Of a stretch of 64,000 nt of DNA, positions 1 through 9,432 are shown one piece after another (positions within the stretch are counted from its first letter, which is position 1; each line of letters opens with the position of its first letter). This DNA comes from an uncultured Bacilli bacterium (GTDB lineage Bacteria; Bacillota_I; Bacilli_A; RF39; UBA660). Location of the stretch: positions 8,868-72,867 of the forward strand of contig CAKOXP010000006.1 in the NCBI GenBank assembly GCA_934130175.1. Direction: 5' to 3'. Under the pieces are notes generated by a model, which searched no databases, was not told the origin of the DNA, and saw only the letters and a program-made list of their open reading frames with translations. The position numbers were made by a program, and so were the translations under genes.

Positions 1-491
1 TAACAGATAATACAAAAATAGAAATAACTGCTAATACAGCAGGAAGTTTTATTTATGGTACAAGAACTATCACTACTCCATTTACAGGTGAATTAACACT
101 TCTTGATGCAAATCCTACAATTAACTTTGCTTTTACTCCTATAAATAATAGTAAAATCTTTCCAAAAGCAAATGAATTAAAAACCAAAATAGTTGATAGT
201 AGATTAACTAGTTCTGACTGGAAATTATATGCTTATATAGACAATCCATTAACCTCAACTAATGGATTTATATTAGACGATGCTTTAGTATTTAAAAAGT
301 TTGATGGCGAAATTATAACTTTAACTACCACCCCTACTCTTGTTTATACAGGAAGTAATAATGAAGGTCTTGTAAGTTTTAAAGAACTAAATTGGTCAAC
401 TGAAAAAGGCCCATTGCTAGACCTTACTGATAATGCCTTAGAAATAAATGAAGAATATTTTGCAACTATTTATTTTAGTATTGAAGAGTAA
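1..491 (+). CDS. WxL-domain surface protein, C-terminal fragment (5' end outside window)
   Basis: Frame open from nt 3 to TAA 489-491 (absent from ORF track, no start). ...INFAFTPI...KIVDSRLTSSDWKLYAY...ATIYFSIEE parallels the C-terminus of 4788..6653 (INFVFSPI...VVTDSRANSTSWKLYAA...LISWSLEE), the two-motif WxL layout. Confidence 0.6.
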   Translation, partial: TDNTKIEITANTAGSFIYGTRTITTPFTGELTLLDANPTINFAFTPINNSKIFPKANELKTKIVDSRLTSSDWKLYAYIDNPLTSTNGFILDDALVFKKFDGEIITLTTTPTLVYTGSNNEGLVSFKELNWSTEKGPLLDLTDNALEINEEYFATIYFSIEE

Positions 492-500
492 ATATAAACA

Positions 501-541
501 AAAAAAGTAGTATTAGACTTAATCTTTTACTACTATTTTTT
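501..541. terminator. Bidirectional intrinsic terminator between convergent genes
   Basis: Inverted repeat AGTAGTA/TACTACT (about 506-512 / 528-534) with A-run on the left and T-run on the right, between stops at 491 (+) and 540 (-). Confidence 0.45.
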
Positions 542-1109
542 ATTTATTTTGAAAACAAGAACCATTATGATCTTTAAAGTAATCTTCAATATGTGCAACT
601 ACTTGATTAGCATCTTCATATTTTTCTACATCAATATGATTTGTAATCCAAGCATCTCCTCCACCATATATAATTTGAAAATTTTTATTATACTCAACTT
701 CATATAAATATTCATCATTATCTAATTTGCATGTTAACGAGTACTTTCCAACTACCTTATTATTGTCTTTATTAATTCTGTTAAAGAAAATAAACATAGC
801 TATACAAATAACAAGAAATATTAATAATAAAATTCCAAACAATTTTAGAATTTTAATTATAATTCCTGCTAATTTCTCGGTATTACTAACTTTTTCTACT
901 AAAATATTATTAATATCATTATTACAAAGTTCATCTAAACTAACTTTAAATATTTTAGAAAGCATTTTTGCTTGATTAATATCTGGCGTAGTTTCTTCAA
1001 GTTCCCACTTTGATATTGTTTGTCGTGTTACTCCAACTTTTTCTGCTAGCTCCTCCTGAGAAAGACTATTCTTCTTTCTCAAACTAGATATTTTATTTCC
1101 TAAGTTCAT
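540..1109 (-). CDS. XRE-family HTH regulator with TM segment and C-terminal extracytoplasmic domain
   Basis: MNLGNKISSLRKKNSLSQEELAEKVGVTRQTISKWELEETTP is a Cro/C1-type HTH; hydrophobic LFGILLLIFLVICIAMFIFF; start moved to ATG 1109 behind GAAAGGAG. Confidence 0.8.
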   Translation of the reverse strand: MNLGNKISSLRKKNSLSQEELAEKVGVTRQTISKWELEETTPDINQAKMLSKIFKVSLDELCNNDINNILVEKVSNTEKLAGIIIKILKLFGILLLIFLVICIAMFIFFNRINKDNNKVVGKYSLTCKLDNDEYLYEVEYNKNFQIIYGGGDAWITNHIDVEKYEDANQVVAHIEDYFKDHNGSCFQNK

Positions 1110-1282
1110 ATTATTTCTCCTTTCAAAAAGAATCATATCATTTTAAGAAGTTAAAATCTATCAATATCAAGTGGAAGTTGCGCAAATTTTCTTAACATTT
1201 GAATATTACTCTTAGTTTAATATTATTATTAACAACTAATAATCATAGTATAATCTTAATTAAAAGACATTATTAAACAAAA

Positions 1283-1312
1283 AAATGATGAATACTTTTA
1301 TTCACCATTTTT
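1283..1312 (-). terminator. Intrinsic terminator after lipoprotein gene
   Basis: Minus strand ATGGTGAATA-AAAG-TATTCATCAT hairpin (10 bp, one G-U) followed by TTTTTTT. Confidence 0.6.
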
Positions 1313-1318
1313 GTCTTT

Positions 1319-1906
1319 CTACTTAAAACCTAGTCCACTAAAGAACTTTAAGTTTCCATCTTTTCCAAAAGAACCTGTAATATAACTACTACCATCTCCT
1401 GCTACCCAAACATATTTATTCCAACTACTAAGTTCAATTAAAGTTCCATCAACACCACCAACAGCTTTTTTGAATTCATCATAACTAATTCCATCATTTA
1501 TTCTAGCCTTAATATCTGATAGATTATCAAGTGTAACTTTACTATTTTTTAATTCTTTTCTATCATACTCAAGCTTAATTGATGATATCTTATCATTATA
1601 TAAAGTAACTGTTATTACTTTATCATCACCGAAATCATATTCATATTTTTCTGATGTAGTACTTGTTGTATCTTCAGGATTAGTAGCTTCAAATCCAACT
1701 ATATCATTTAATTCTTCCATTGTATTATCTAAAGACATCTTTGATAAACACTTATAATAAGAACATTTTGACTTTACAGTCTTTTCCTTTTCTTCTGTTT
1801 TTGTAGTATCATCTTTTGTAGTAGTATTTTCTTTCTTATTTGTACATCCCACAGTACAAACTAGAACTAATAAACATGCTATTCCTGCTAAAAACTTACT
1901 CTTCAT
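1319..1906 (-). CDS. Lipoprotein, unknown function
   Basis: Signal peptide plus lipobox MKSKFLAGIACLLVLVCTVGC; T/K/E-rich linker then globular domain. Confidence 0.7.
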   Translation of the reverse strand: MKSKFLAGIACLLVLVCTVGCTNKKENTTTKDDTTKTEEKEKTVKSKCSYYKCLSKMSLDNTMEELNDIVGFEATNPEDTTSTTSEKYEYDFGDDKVITVTLYNDKISSIKLEYDRKELKNSKVTLDNLSDIKARINDGISYDEFKKAVGGVDGTLIELSSWNKYVWVAGDGSSYITGSFGKDGNLKFFSGLGFK

Positions 1907-1965
1907 ATCTTTCTTCCTCCTAAAGCCATTATATCTTATAATATGTTATTTGTACATAAATTATT

Positions 1966-3153
1966 TTACTTTCTAGATATTACTTTTCCCTGCCTATCCA
2001 CTTTATAACTAAGTTTAAAAAATAAACTTACTGTTATAAATTGGTATATTGATGAAGATACTTGCCCTATTCCAGTACAAAACGGAGTTTTTAGTAGTGA
2101 TATCATCATTCTTAAAATAGATGCAACAACTTTATTTGATGTAGTTTTAAAAGAAGACCACTCTAATTGTAAATAACAAGTTTTTATTCTATATATTGGA
2201 TATATCATAAAATTAACAATTTCAAAACCAAAATAAATCATTGTAATCTTAAAATCTAAATCATAAAATCCATATAAGCAAACAAACATAAATAGACTTG
2301 TTAAAAATAGTATTCCCAATAACTTATAAGCATTATTTCTATGATATTTATAATTAAAATTATTTTTACTAATATCAATTGTTGCGGCTGTAACTATAGC
2401 ATCTGCAGTATCCCATTGTGTATCAGTTATAAGTGCTACAAAAGTAAGTGCCAAGGCATATTTTTCTCCAAAAACTAAAGCATTACTTAAACCAAATAAA
2501 AATATTAAAAGAAAGGCAATATTATTAAATAATTCTACTGAATCATATTTAATACATTTAAATAAATTAAATTTTAATTTAAAACTATCACTGTTTTTCA
2601 ACATTATAAACAAAGTAAAAATCATAAGTGGGATTAATGTTGTTAATACAATAATAGTTTGATTTTTAGTTAATAATGATGTACCAATTAATAGTATGAA
2701 ATTTAGTAAATTAAAAACTATAGAATATTTATTTGCTAATTCATTTTTTTCTTCATAATATAGCTTATTCAGTATAATTGCAAACTCCAAACTTATGTAT
2801 ATTTCAAAAATAGAATAAATTGTAAAGGTTCTATATATAGAAACATCCATATTCATAAAATTTATATAATTATCAACATTAAGTGCTATTAAAGTAAAGG
2901 TGATAGTTGCTAGAATACTACCTATAAAAAGGCCAGACATTACAGCATCTTTATTATTATCTTTTTCTTTACTTATATTTGCACCGGTTGAAAATATTGA
3001 TTTAAATATATAATAAATAAACTGTAATGGATATGTTAATGTAAAGATATTTATAAGATTTTTATCTACTATTATTCCAAGTAAAAACCAAGATATAATT
3101 GGAATAAATGATAACAGGGATAAATCAAAACTTATTCTTAATAGTCTTTTCAT
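1966..3153 (-). CDS. Polytopic membrane protein (about 10-12 TM), possibly flippase/MOP-like
   Basis: 395 aa, almost entirely hydrophobic helices separated by short K/N-rich loops; no diagnostic motif recognised. Confidence 0.5.
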   Translation of the reverse strand: MKRLLRISFDLSLLSFIPIISWFLLGIIVDKNLINIFTLTYPLQFIYYIFKSIFSTGANISKEKDNNKDAVMSGLFIGSILATITFTLIALNVDNYINFMNMDVSIYRTFTIYSIFEIYISLEFAIILNKLYYEEKNELANKYSIVFNLLNFILLIGTSLLTKNQTIIVLTTLIPLMIFTLFIMLKNSDSFKLKFNLFKCIKYDSVELFNNIAFLLIFLFGLSNALVFGEKYALALTFVALITDTQWDTADAIVTAATIDISKNNFNYKYHRNNAYKLLGILFLTSLFMFVCLYGFYDLDFKITMIYFGFEIVNFMIYPIYRIKTCYLQLEWSSFKTTSNKVVASILRMMISLLKTPFCTGIGQVSSSIYQFITVSLFFKLSYKVDRQGKVISRK

Positions 3154-3167
3154 TATTATTTACCTAA

Positions 3168-3638
3168 TTACTCGGTAAACGAACTAGGATGATAAGCAGT
3201 GATTCCAAGTTCCTCGGCCTTTCTTAAAGCATCAAGCCTGTCATCTACAAACACCATTTTATCTAAAGGAATATTATAATATTTTGAATATTCTAGAATA
3301 ACATTTGGTTTTAATGACGTAGAACATATAAAAATAATATTTTCCTGTTTTATATTTAGATAGTTTTCAGCTAGCCACTTATACTTTTGATTTATTTCAT
3401 TATTAGTAACAGTTGAACCTAATACAAAAATTTTATCACTATCTAATTTTTCTACTATTCTCTGCATAGTTTTAAGTGGCCTTGCCTTATAAAATAAATC
3501 ACCAAACAAATAATTTTCTAAAGATTGACAACCAAGTTCAGGACATTTTCCACCGTATAATATATCATTATATCTATACTCTGATAATGTACCATCAACA
3601 TCAAAAAAAACATATTTATCTTTTAATTTTTCTAACAT
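3168..3638 (-). CDS. HAD-superfamily hydrolase
   Basis: Motif I FFDVDGTL near N-terminus, motif IV-like VFVDDRLD near C-terminus. Confidence 0.75.
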   Translation of the reverse strand: MLEKLKDKYVFFDVDGTLSEYRYNDILYGGKCPELGCQSLENYLFGDLFYKARPLKTMQRIVEKLDSDKIFVLGSTVTNNEINQKYKWLAENYLNIKQENIIFICSTSLKPNVILEYSKYYNIPLDKMVFVDDRLDALRKAEELGITAYHPSSFTE

Positions 3639-3702
3639 TTTACTACTCCTAACTTTCTAATACTCATCTAAAATTATACTATAACTACTACTTTTTAACA
3701 AT

Positions 3703-4263
3703 TTATTTCATCCAAAATAAAACATATATTGATAAACATACAAGTATTATCGCAAGTAATAAAATAAGATTTAACCACTTACTTGGTTTCAAAAATCTTT
3801 CTACATAACTTTCTTTAGGCTTTAGTGGATTATAATAAACAAATACTTTGCTTCCTATTGGATATAAATCAAGTAATGGTGAAATTTCATAACTAACTAG
3901 ATTATTTCTTTTCACATTTAACTTTAATATTTCAGGTAACTCTTCCCTTGTTGTTAAGTTACTTTTTATCTCGGTTTTAATTTTATTAAATGGAGAGCTA
4001 AAACTAAATCTCACAACGCCTCTAAAATGCGGACCCACTGCATTATAACTTTTTCCATCTATGAAATATTCAACAACAGGAAGACTGATATCATTATATC
4101 TAACTATTGAATACCTAACTACTTTACCAGTAGTTTTTTCTGTACATCTTACATATTTTTTATTTTTTCTAACATAAAGAAAATACCAAACAATAAATAT
4201 GACGATTGCAAAAACTAATATATATACTCCAAAAAATATATTTAAATTCATAAAAAACCTCAC
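3703..4263 (-). CDS. Two-TM membrane protein, DUF3592-like
   Basis: N-terminal TM (IFFGVYILVFAIVIFIVWYF), beta-rich middle (TGKVVRYSIVRYN...VVEYFIDGKSY), C-terminal TM. Confidence 0.5.
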   Translation of the reverse strand: MRFFMNLNIFFGVYILVFAIVIFIVWYFLYVRKNKKYVRCTEKTTGKVVRYSIVRYNDISLPVVEYFIDGKSYNAVGPHFRGVVRFSFSSPFNKIKTEIKSNLTTREELPEILKLNVKRNNLVSYEISPLLDLYPIGSKVFVYYNPLKPKESYVERFLKPSKWLNLILLLAIILVCLSIYVLFWMK

Positions 4264-4368
4264 TTACTTATTTCTTATATAAATATTATATCATAGCAAT
4301 ACTTCTATTACATGTTTTATAAACAAAAATTAGAAATTTACATACAATAATTTATAAGGGAGGATACT

Positions 4369-4761
4369 ATGGAAAAGGAATTAAATAATACAGTAACTGC
4401 TGTTGGTAATTATAATGATGTTCCAACATCTATTACATCTGCTGTTTCTGTTGTAACAATGATTGATGGTCTTACAATTACTAAAAGCAGTGATAAACAA
4501 AACTGGGCTAGTGGAAATTTAACTTATACAGTAATCATTAATAACCAATCTGAAAAGCCTTACAATAGTCCAGAAGTTAAAGATGTCTTAAATACAACAT
4601 TAGTAGATTTTGTAGAAAATAGCGTTACTATTGATGGACAAGCTGCTGAACAATCTGATTATACTTATGACGATGGTTCTGGAACATTAACTATAAATCT
4701 ATCAGATATTTCCGTTTCTGAATCTAAAACTATTACTTTTCAAGTTAAGAAAAAATCATAG
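4369..4761 (+). CDS. DUF11 (conserved repeat domain) protein, no signal peptide
   Basis: LTITKSSDKQNWASGNLTYTVIINNQSEKPYNSPEVKDVLNTTLVDFVENSVTIDG...GTLTINLSDISVSESKTITFQVKKK fits the DUF11 pattern; strong RBS AAGGGAGG upstream. Confidence 0.65.
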   Translation: MEKELNNTVTAVGNYNDVPTSITSAVSVVTMIDGLTITKSSDKQNWASGNLTYTVIINNQSEKPYNSPEVKDVLNTTLVDFVENSVTIDGQAAEQSDYTYDDGSGTLTINLSDISVSESKTITFQVKKKS

Positions 4762-4789
4762 AAAAAAATCACAGTTTTGTGATTTTTTT
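4762..4789. terminator. Bidirectional intrinsic terminator
   Basis: AAAAAAATCACA-GTTT-TGTGATTTTTTT between convergent stops at 4761 (+) and 4788 (-). Confidence 0.7.
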
Positions 4790-6653
4790 ACTCTTCTAAA
4801 GACCAAGAAATAAGTGATTCATATTCTACTCCGTTAGCAATACTATCTGATATTCTTAGTAATATTCCCCTATTTTTACTAAAACTTACATTAGTAACTT
4901 TAGTACTACCACCATTGCCTTCTCCAGTGTAGACGAGAATTGGCGTAGTAGATAAGTTTGTTATATTTCCATCTTCATCTATAAATACAATAGCGTCTTT
5001 CAAGATTTTTCCATCAGATGATATTAAATCATGATCTAGAGCTGCATACAATTTCCAACTAGTACTATTTGCTCTTGAATCAGTAACTACTACTACTAAA
5101 TCATTTTTTCTAGGACATAGTACAGGGTCAATACTTATTGGAGAAAATACAAAATTAATCAATTTAGAAGCTTCATCTAAAATAAGCTCTCCTGTATATA
5201 TAATTTGAATTACTTTCGTATGATAAATTAAATCATTTTGAGACTTTGCTGTTAAAGTAATAACAGTTCCAATTGGTAAAGCCTCATCATATGAATAAGA
5301 AAAATTACCTGTAGATGAAGCCTTTATAACTGATGATACGTCATTATATTCAATTAATATTGATGCATCATTATCCATTAGACCAACAAGCTCCGTATCA
5401 GTATCTGTTAGAGTATTTACATGAATTTGAAAATCTCCTACAGACATAATCTTTTTATTTGAAAAGATAAAATTACTAAGACTCGGAAGATTTGCCAGCT
5501 CCTCCTCTGTATAATTATTACTACTAATATTAGTAGCGCTATTTGTAAAAGTTCCTTTAATAGTTGTTATTCCACTATTCTTATACCAAGCATACGTTGG
5601 AAGATTTGCTTTTGTTATTTCTTCATTTATTGTAATAGAATTATTAAATAAGTTTAGTCTTGTAAAATTAAATTCAAATGGAATACTTGCAGAAGTATAA
5701 ATAACATTCGCCACTGTATTATATAAAACTACCTTTAGGGGATTATTTAAAATAAATCCTGCATTTGCTCCTGAAAAATATAAATTATAATTTGATGATG
5801 TAATATTTGAATAATTACTAATTATACTTAGAGTTGAATTGTTATTTAAGGTTAATTTTCCATAACTATACCAAGTTGGATAGCTTCCATTACGACTTTG
5901 TTGTTTTAAATAGAATTTAGCATTCTCTTCTATCGTTGTAGTACCAGTTCCAAAAGTACCATAACCCATACCAGAATTAGTAATAACACTAAATTCTGCA
6001 TTTTTTGAAATTGTAAATGTCAAATTATTTGTTCCATAAAATAACTCTCTTTTCTCACTAGTAAAATAAACTAAAGAATCTTTCAAGATAGTAAGAGATG
6101 GATTATCATTTCTAAACCAAAAAGACGAATTACCTGTTGATTTATGAGTAATTATTGTATTTCCACCTATTTCAATTTTATTACATTCACTAACCTCATT
6201 ACCCGATGCATAATTATCCTGAATAATGATATTACAATCCATAAATCTTGTAAGTCCTGTTGGATGATAACTAATTTGAGGACCAACATAATCTACATAG
6301 CTATATTCTACAACTATATCTTTATAGTTATTATTTTCAGGAACATAGATTACTCCATAGTAATTATATCCTGTAATACTCATATTCTTAACAGTAACTT
6401 TTTTTATTGAAGCAGATGACGCCGTTATAACATCAGAAGCACTTGTACTTTTTTTATCCTCAAGTAAGTATTTTACTCCATTATAAGTACCATCTAAAGT
6501 AACCGATGTTTTAGAACTAGAAATATTAATACCAGTAGTTAGAACTATATCACTACCAAAATAAATATATGTATAATTATTGTTTTCTTCTAAGGTTTTT
6601 TTTAATTCTGCACTATCATAGATAACGACAGTAGTATCATTAATAATTGTCAT
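4788..6653 (-). CDS. Beta-helix (pectate-lyase-like adhesive) protein with C-terminal WxL domain, no signal peptide
   Basis: 621 aa; N/I/T/S-rich repetitive beta-strand pattern; C-terminus INFVFSPI...VVVTDSRANSTSWKLYAA...VSFSKNRGILLRIS...YESLISWSLEE = WxL layout; N-terminus MTIINDTTVVIYDSAELKK is hydrophilic. Confidence 0.65.
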   Translation of the reverse strand: MTIINDTTVVIYDSAELKKTLEENNNYTYIYFGSDIVLTTGINISSSKTSVTLDGTYNGVKYLLEDKKSTSASDVITASSASIKKVTVKNMSITGYNYYGVIYVPENNNYKDIVVEYSYVDYVGPQISYHPTGLTRFMDCNIIIQDNYASGNEVSECNKIEIGGNTIITHKSTGNSSFWFRNDNPSLTILKDSLVYFTSEKRELFYGTNNLTFTISKNAEFSVITNSGMGYGTFGTGTTTIEENAKFYLKQQSRNGSYPTWYSYGKLTLNNNSTLSIISNYSNITSSNYNLYFSGANAGFILNNPLKVVLYNTVANVIYTSASIPFEFNFTRLNLFNNSITINEEITKANLPTYAWYKNSGITTIKGTFTNSATNISSNNYTEEELANLPSLSNFIFSNKKIMSVGDFQIHVNTLTDTDTELVGLMDNDASILIEYNDVSSVIKASSTGNFSYSYDEALPIGTVITLTAKSQNDLIYHTKVIQIIYTGELILDEASKLINFVFSPISIDPVLCPRKNDLVVVVTDSRANSTSWKLYAALDHDLISSDGKILKDAIVFIDEDGNITNLSTTPILVYTGEGNGGSTKVTNVSFSKNRGILLRISDSIANGVEYESLISWSLEE

Positions 6654-6660
6654 AAAAACA

Positions 6661-6682
6661 CCTCATATTATATAATATGAGG
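6661..6682 (-). terminator. Perfect 22-nt palindrome: terminator/SD-sequestering hairpin
   Basis: CCTCATATTATATAATATGAGG; on the mRNA its 3' arm carries the GAGG Shine-Dalgarno 8-9 nt before ATG 6653, followed by TGTTTTTATG. Confidence 0.5.
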
Positions 6683-6730
6683 ATTATCTTTTATTGTATC
6701 AACGAATGTATGATATCAATTATATATTTG

Positions 6731-7900
6731 TTATTTAACACTTCTTTTTCTATTGCAAGAATTTACAAATTTGTTAAATTCTTTAAATGTTAAATTTGCT
6801 GGTATTTCTGGTATTTCTGTTAATTCTAAATTCTTATCATCAACTATGTCATCTAAAGCATCATCTATACCAATATATGGATGAATACCTTTTCTTTTAT
6901 GATCCGAATGTTCAAAATGATACCAAATATTATTATTTTTAAAAAGGACAAAACATCGCATTTTATTTTTATCTTCTTCATTTTGTGCTTTTGAACAAAA
7001 TAACTTACTTTCAAAACCATGAGTATCAAAAAAGTTTTTAATAAGTTGTGCTTGTTCTATACACGTTCCAACACCAGAATTTAGAATCTGGCTTATAGAA
7101 CCTGTCTTATAATTTTCTTCTAAATTTGAAAGATTATTTAAATGCATTCCACCATCAACATCAATCCAACCATATGATATATTTTTATCCATAAATTCCA
7201 TCAATTCTTTTGGTGTTTTTAAACTTTGATACTTACTAAGTCTATTGACTTTTTGATTATAAACAACAAAATCTCGATCATCAAAAATATAAAATGGTTT
7301 TGTTCCAATTACCTCATACTTACCATTATCTATGTATATAGTATCTTCATCTGGTAGTACAAGAATTTTTTCATACCTAGAAGTTTTTAATAAATGTAGA
7401 TTATCACTTTCAATATAATGATTTAATAAAGCAAAACCATTTATTTTGTTAAGTCCATCTAAATCTTTTAAACCTACCTCGTTAGTAGTAGCATGAGTAC
7501 AAGTATTAATAGACTTTCCCAATACTTCTGAACCTGCTCCAAAGCCAAACACAACGCCATCTCTATCTATATAGTCACTTAGTTTCTTAAAACATTCTGT
7601 CTTCTTTAATCCATCTAATAGTCTAAACTCATTACCATCATCAAAATATAAAACAGAATAATCATCAAAGTTTTTAGATTCTAATTCTTCAAAACTTTTT
7701 ACAAGCTCAATATTTGGAACATTCACATCTGCAAGTTCCTCTTTAATAAAATCAAAACAACCATCATAAGAATAGTTTTTAGGATTCATAGCCAAAGGAA
7801 TATATAAGATTGGTTTACTATTATCAATAACCTCATCTAATTTTTTATAAACATTTGGTTTTTGTTGTTCACATTCTCCACCACATAAAAACAATTTCAT
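6731..7900 (-). CDS. Fusion: peptidase S51/class-I amidotransferase-like N-domain + transglutaminase/papain-like cysteine-protease C-domain
   Basis: N-term MKLFLCGGE...KPILYIPLAMNP...GFGAGSEVLG (S51-like); C-term GVGTCIEQAQLIKNFF...NIWYHFEHSD (Cys/His core). Confidence 0.5.
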   Translation of the reverse strand: MKLFLCGGECEQQKPNVYKKLDEVIDNSKPILYIPLAMNPKNYSYDGCFDFIKEELADVNVPNIELVKSFEELESKNFDDYSVLYFDDGNEFRLLDGLKKTECFKKLSDYIDRDGVVFGFGAGSEVLGKSINTCTHATTNEVGLKDLDGLNKINGFALLNHYIESDNLHLLKTSRYEKILVLPDEDTIYIDNGKYEVIGTKPFYIFDDRDFVVYNQKVNRLSKYQSLKTPKELMEFMDKNISYGWIDVDGGMHLNNLSNLEENYKTGSISQILNSGVGTCIEQAQLIKNFFDTHGFESKLFCSKAQNEEDKNKMRCFVLFKNNNIWYHFEHSDHKRKGIHPYIGIDDALDDIVDDKNLELTEIPEIPANLTFKEFNKFVNSCNRKRSVK

Positions 7901-8041
7901 ATCGTCACCTACTTTATAAATCCTATCCTTTTACTATCTACATTATACCTTAATTATATATATTTTGTCTAATAATTATTTTTATTAAATAGACTTTGCC
8001 ACATACATAAACTTAAATTTTTCATAAATTATAATGAAAGG

Positions 8042-9058
8042 ATGAACACTATGAATTATGAAGATAAAATAAGACAAGTTCTAGAAAATAGTAATACTAG
8101 AAGAAAATTGATAAAAGCAGGAATTTATCCAAATCAAACTATTGGTCCTACTGGTCCTGCTGGTAAAGGACTTGAAATAATGGGAAGTTATGATTCTTTA
8201 GAAGAGTTAAAGAAGAATCATCCTACTGGTAATAATGGTGATACCTACATAGTTAATGGTGAATTATATATTTGGAATCAAGAATTAAATGATTGGTCTG
8301 ATATTGGTAATGTAAAAGGATCTAAGGGTGATACAGAAACTTTTATTGTTAATAGTACTAAAACAGCAAATCCAAATGAAGATGCTAAAGTCATTGATAA
8401 TAAAGTTGATTTAACACACTATCTAGATTTTGTTATTCCAAAAGGTGATATCGGGCCTAAGGGTGACAAGGGTGAAACTGGGTTACAAGGTCCTCAAGGG
8501 GAAAAAGGTGATATTGGCCCCATCGGTCCTACTGGACCTAAAGGTGAACAAGGGGAAAAAGGTGATATTGGACCAAAGTGTGAAAAAGGAGACATTGGTC
8601 CAACAGGGCCTGAAGCCTCACTAGGAGCTACTAGTTATGATGCTATCTTATTTATAAGTTTTGCTCAAGCTCATTATTCTAAGGTTATGACTTTCCAAGA
8701 AGTAATAAGTATTCCAAATGACAACAACTATTTTAGTACTTTAAGTGATACAGAATTTTTAGTTACTGAAAATGGTTACTATGAAATTACTTTATGTGGT
8801 CAAATATCAGGAGTTGATCAAGATCATGGGGCAATATTTTATCTATCAAATGATAAAGGAAGTGTAGTCCAAGATTTATCTTTCCAACTTAAAGCTGGAA
8901 CAACTTCAAGAATGGATTGCTCAGAAACAACAATTGCCAAAATCGACGGTAATACGACGTTATATGTAAGGTGCGGTATAACTGGTGATAGTTCAACTGC
9001 AAATATAGATTTTGCTAATGTAAATCTTATTATTAAAAAATATAATTTCACACAATAA
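8042..9058 (+). CDS. BclA-like collagen triple-helix repeat protein with globular C-terminal domain
   Basis: GPTGPAGKG then a 57-aa G-X-Y run [44 protein letters not shown]...; likely start is ATG 8051 (AAAGGA 8 nt upstream); no signal peptide. Confidence 0.8.
   Translation: MNTMNYEDKIRQVLENSNTRRKLIKAGIYPNQTIGPTGPAGKGLEIMGSYDSLEELKKNHPTGNNGDTYIVNGELYIWNQELNDWSDIGNVKGSKGDTETFIVNSTKTANPNEDAKVIDNKVDLTHYLDFVIPKGDIGPKGDKGETGLQGPQGEKGDIGPIGPTGPKGEQGEKGDIGPKCEKGDIGPTGPEASLGATSYDAILFISFAQAHYSKVMTFQEVISIPNDNNYFSTLSDTEFLVTENGYYEITLCGQISGVDQDHGAIFYLSNDKGSVVQDLSFQLKAGTTSRMDCSETTIAKIDGNTTLYVRCGITGDSSTANIDFANVNLIIKKYNFTQ
8444..8611 (+). repeat. Gly-X-Y collagen-like coding repeat
   Basis: Triplet periodicity ggt/gga/ggg every 9 nt; internal near-duplicate GEKGDIGP units. 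Confidence 0.85.
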
Positions 9059-9075
9059 ATATAGGAGTAATTATA

Positions 9076-9432
9076 ATGAGAAAAATTAAATTAAAATTTT
9101 GTGATTTTCTTAATATTTGTAACTATAAAATATTTATCTATGATGAAAATAATCATCTTTTAAAAAGTATGGAAATAAATAATAGTAACTATATTCCTTT
9201 AGAAATTACATATTGTGGTATATATAAAATTGTTATCATTTCTAAACATTTATATCCTAAAAAAAGATGTTTTGTTTTATATTTAGATAGAAAAACACCA
9301 GATACTTTACTAATACCATATCAAGTAAGGCAAAAAAAATCTCGTAAAATAGAATTCAATTTAACTGATGAGGTTTATAAAGGTCTACCAATAGAGAAAG
9401 GAGAAATAACTTTATGGGAAAAGAACATGTAG
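9076..9432 (+). CDS. Hypothetical protein (118 aa)
   Basis: RBS AGGAG 7 nt upstream; C-terminal IEFNLTDEVYKGLPIEKGEITLWE resembles the C-terminus of the next gene. Confidence 0.5.
   Translation: MRKIKLKFCDFLNICNYKIFIYDENNHLLKSMEINNSNYIPLEITYCGIYKIVIISKHLYPKKRCFVLYLDRKTPDTLLIPYQVRQKKSRKIEFNLTDEVYKGLPIEKGEITLWEKNM

Noticed and set aside
8005-8035. SigmaK-like promoter match (AC-16 nt-CATAAATTA) and a TATAAT box just upstream of the collagen-like gene
   Set aside because: Either -10 would place the transcription start at or inside the RBS/start codon (8036-8051). Such AT-rich matches are expected by chance. It is kept only as something to test with proper PWMs.
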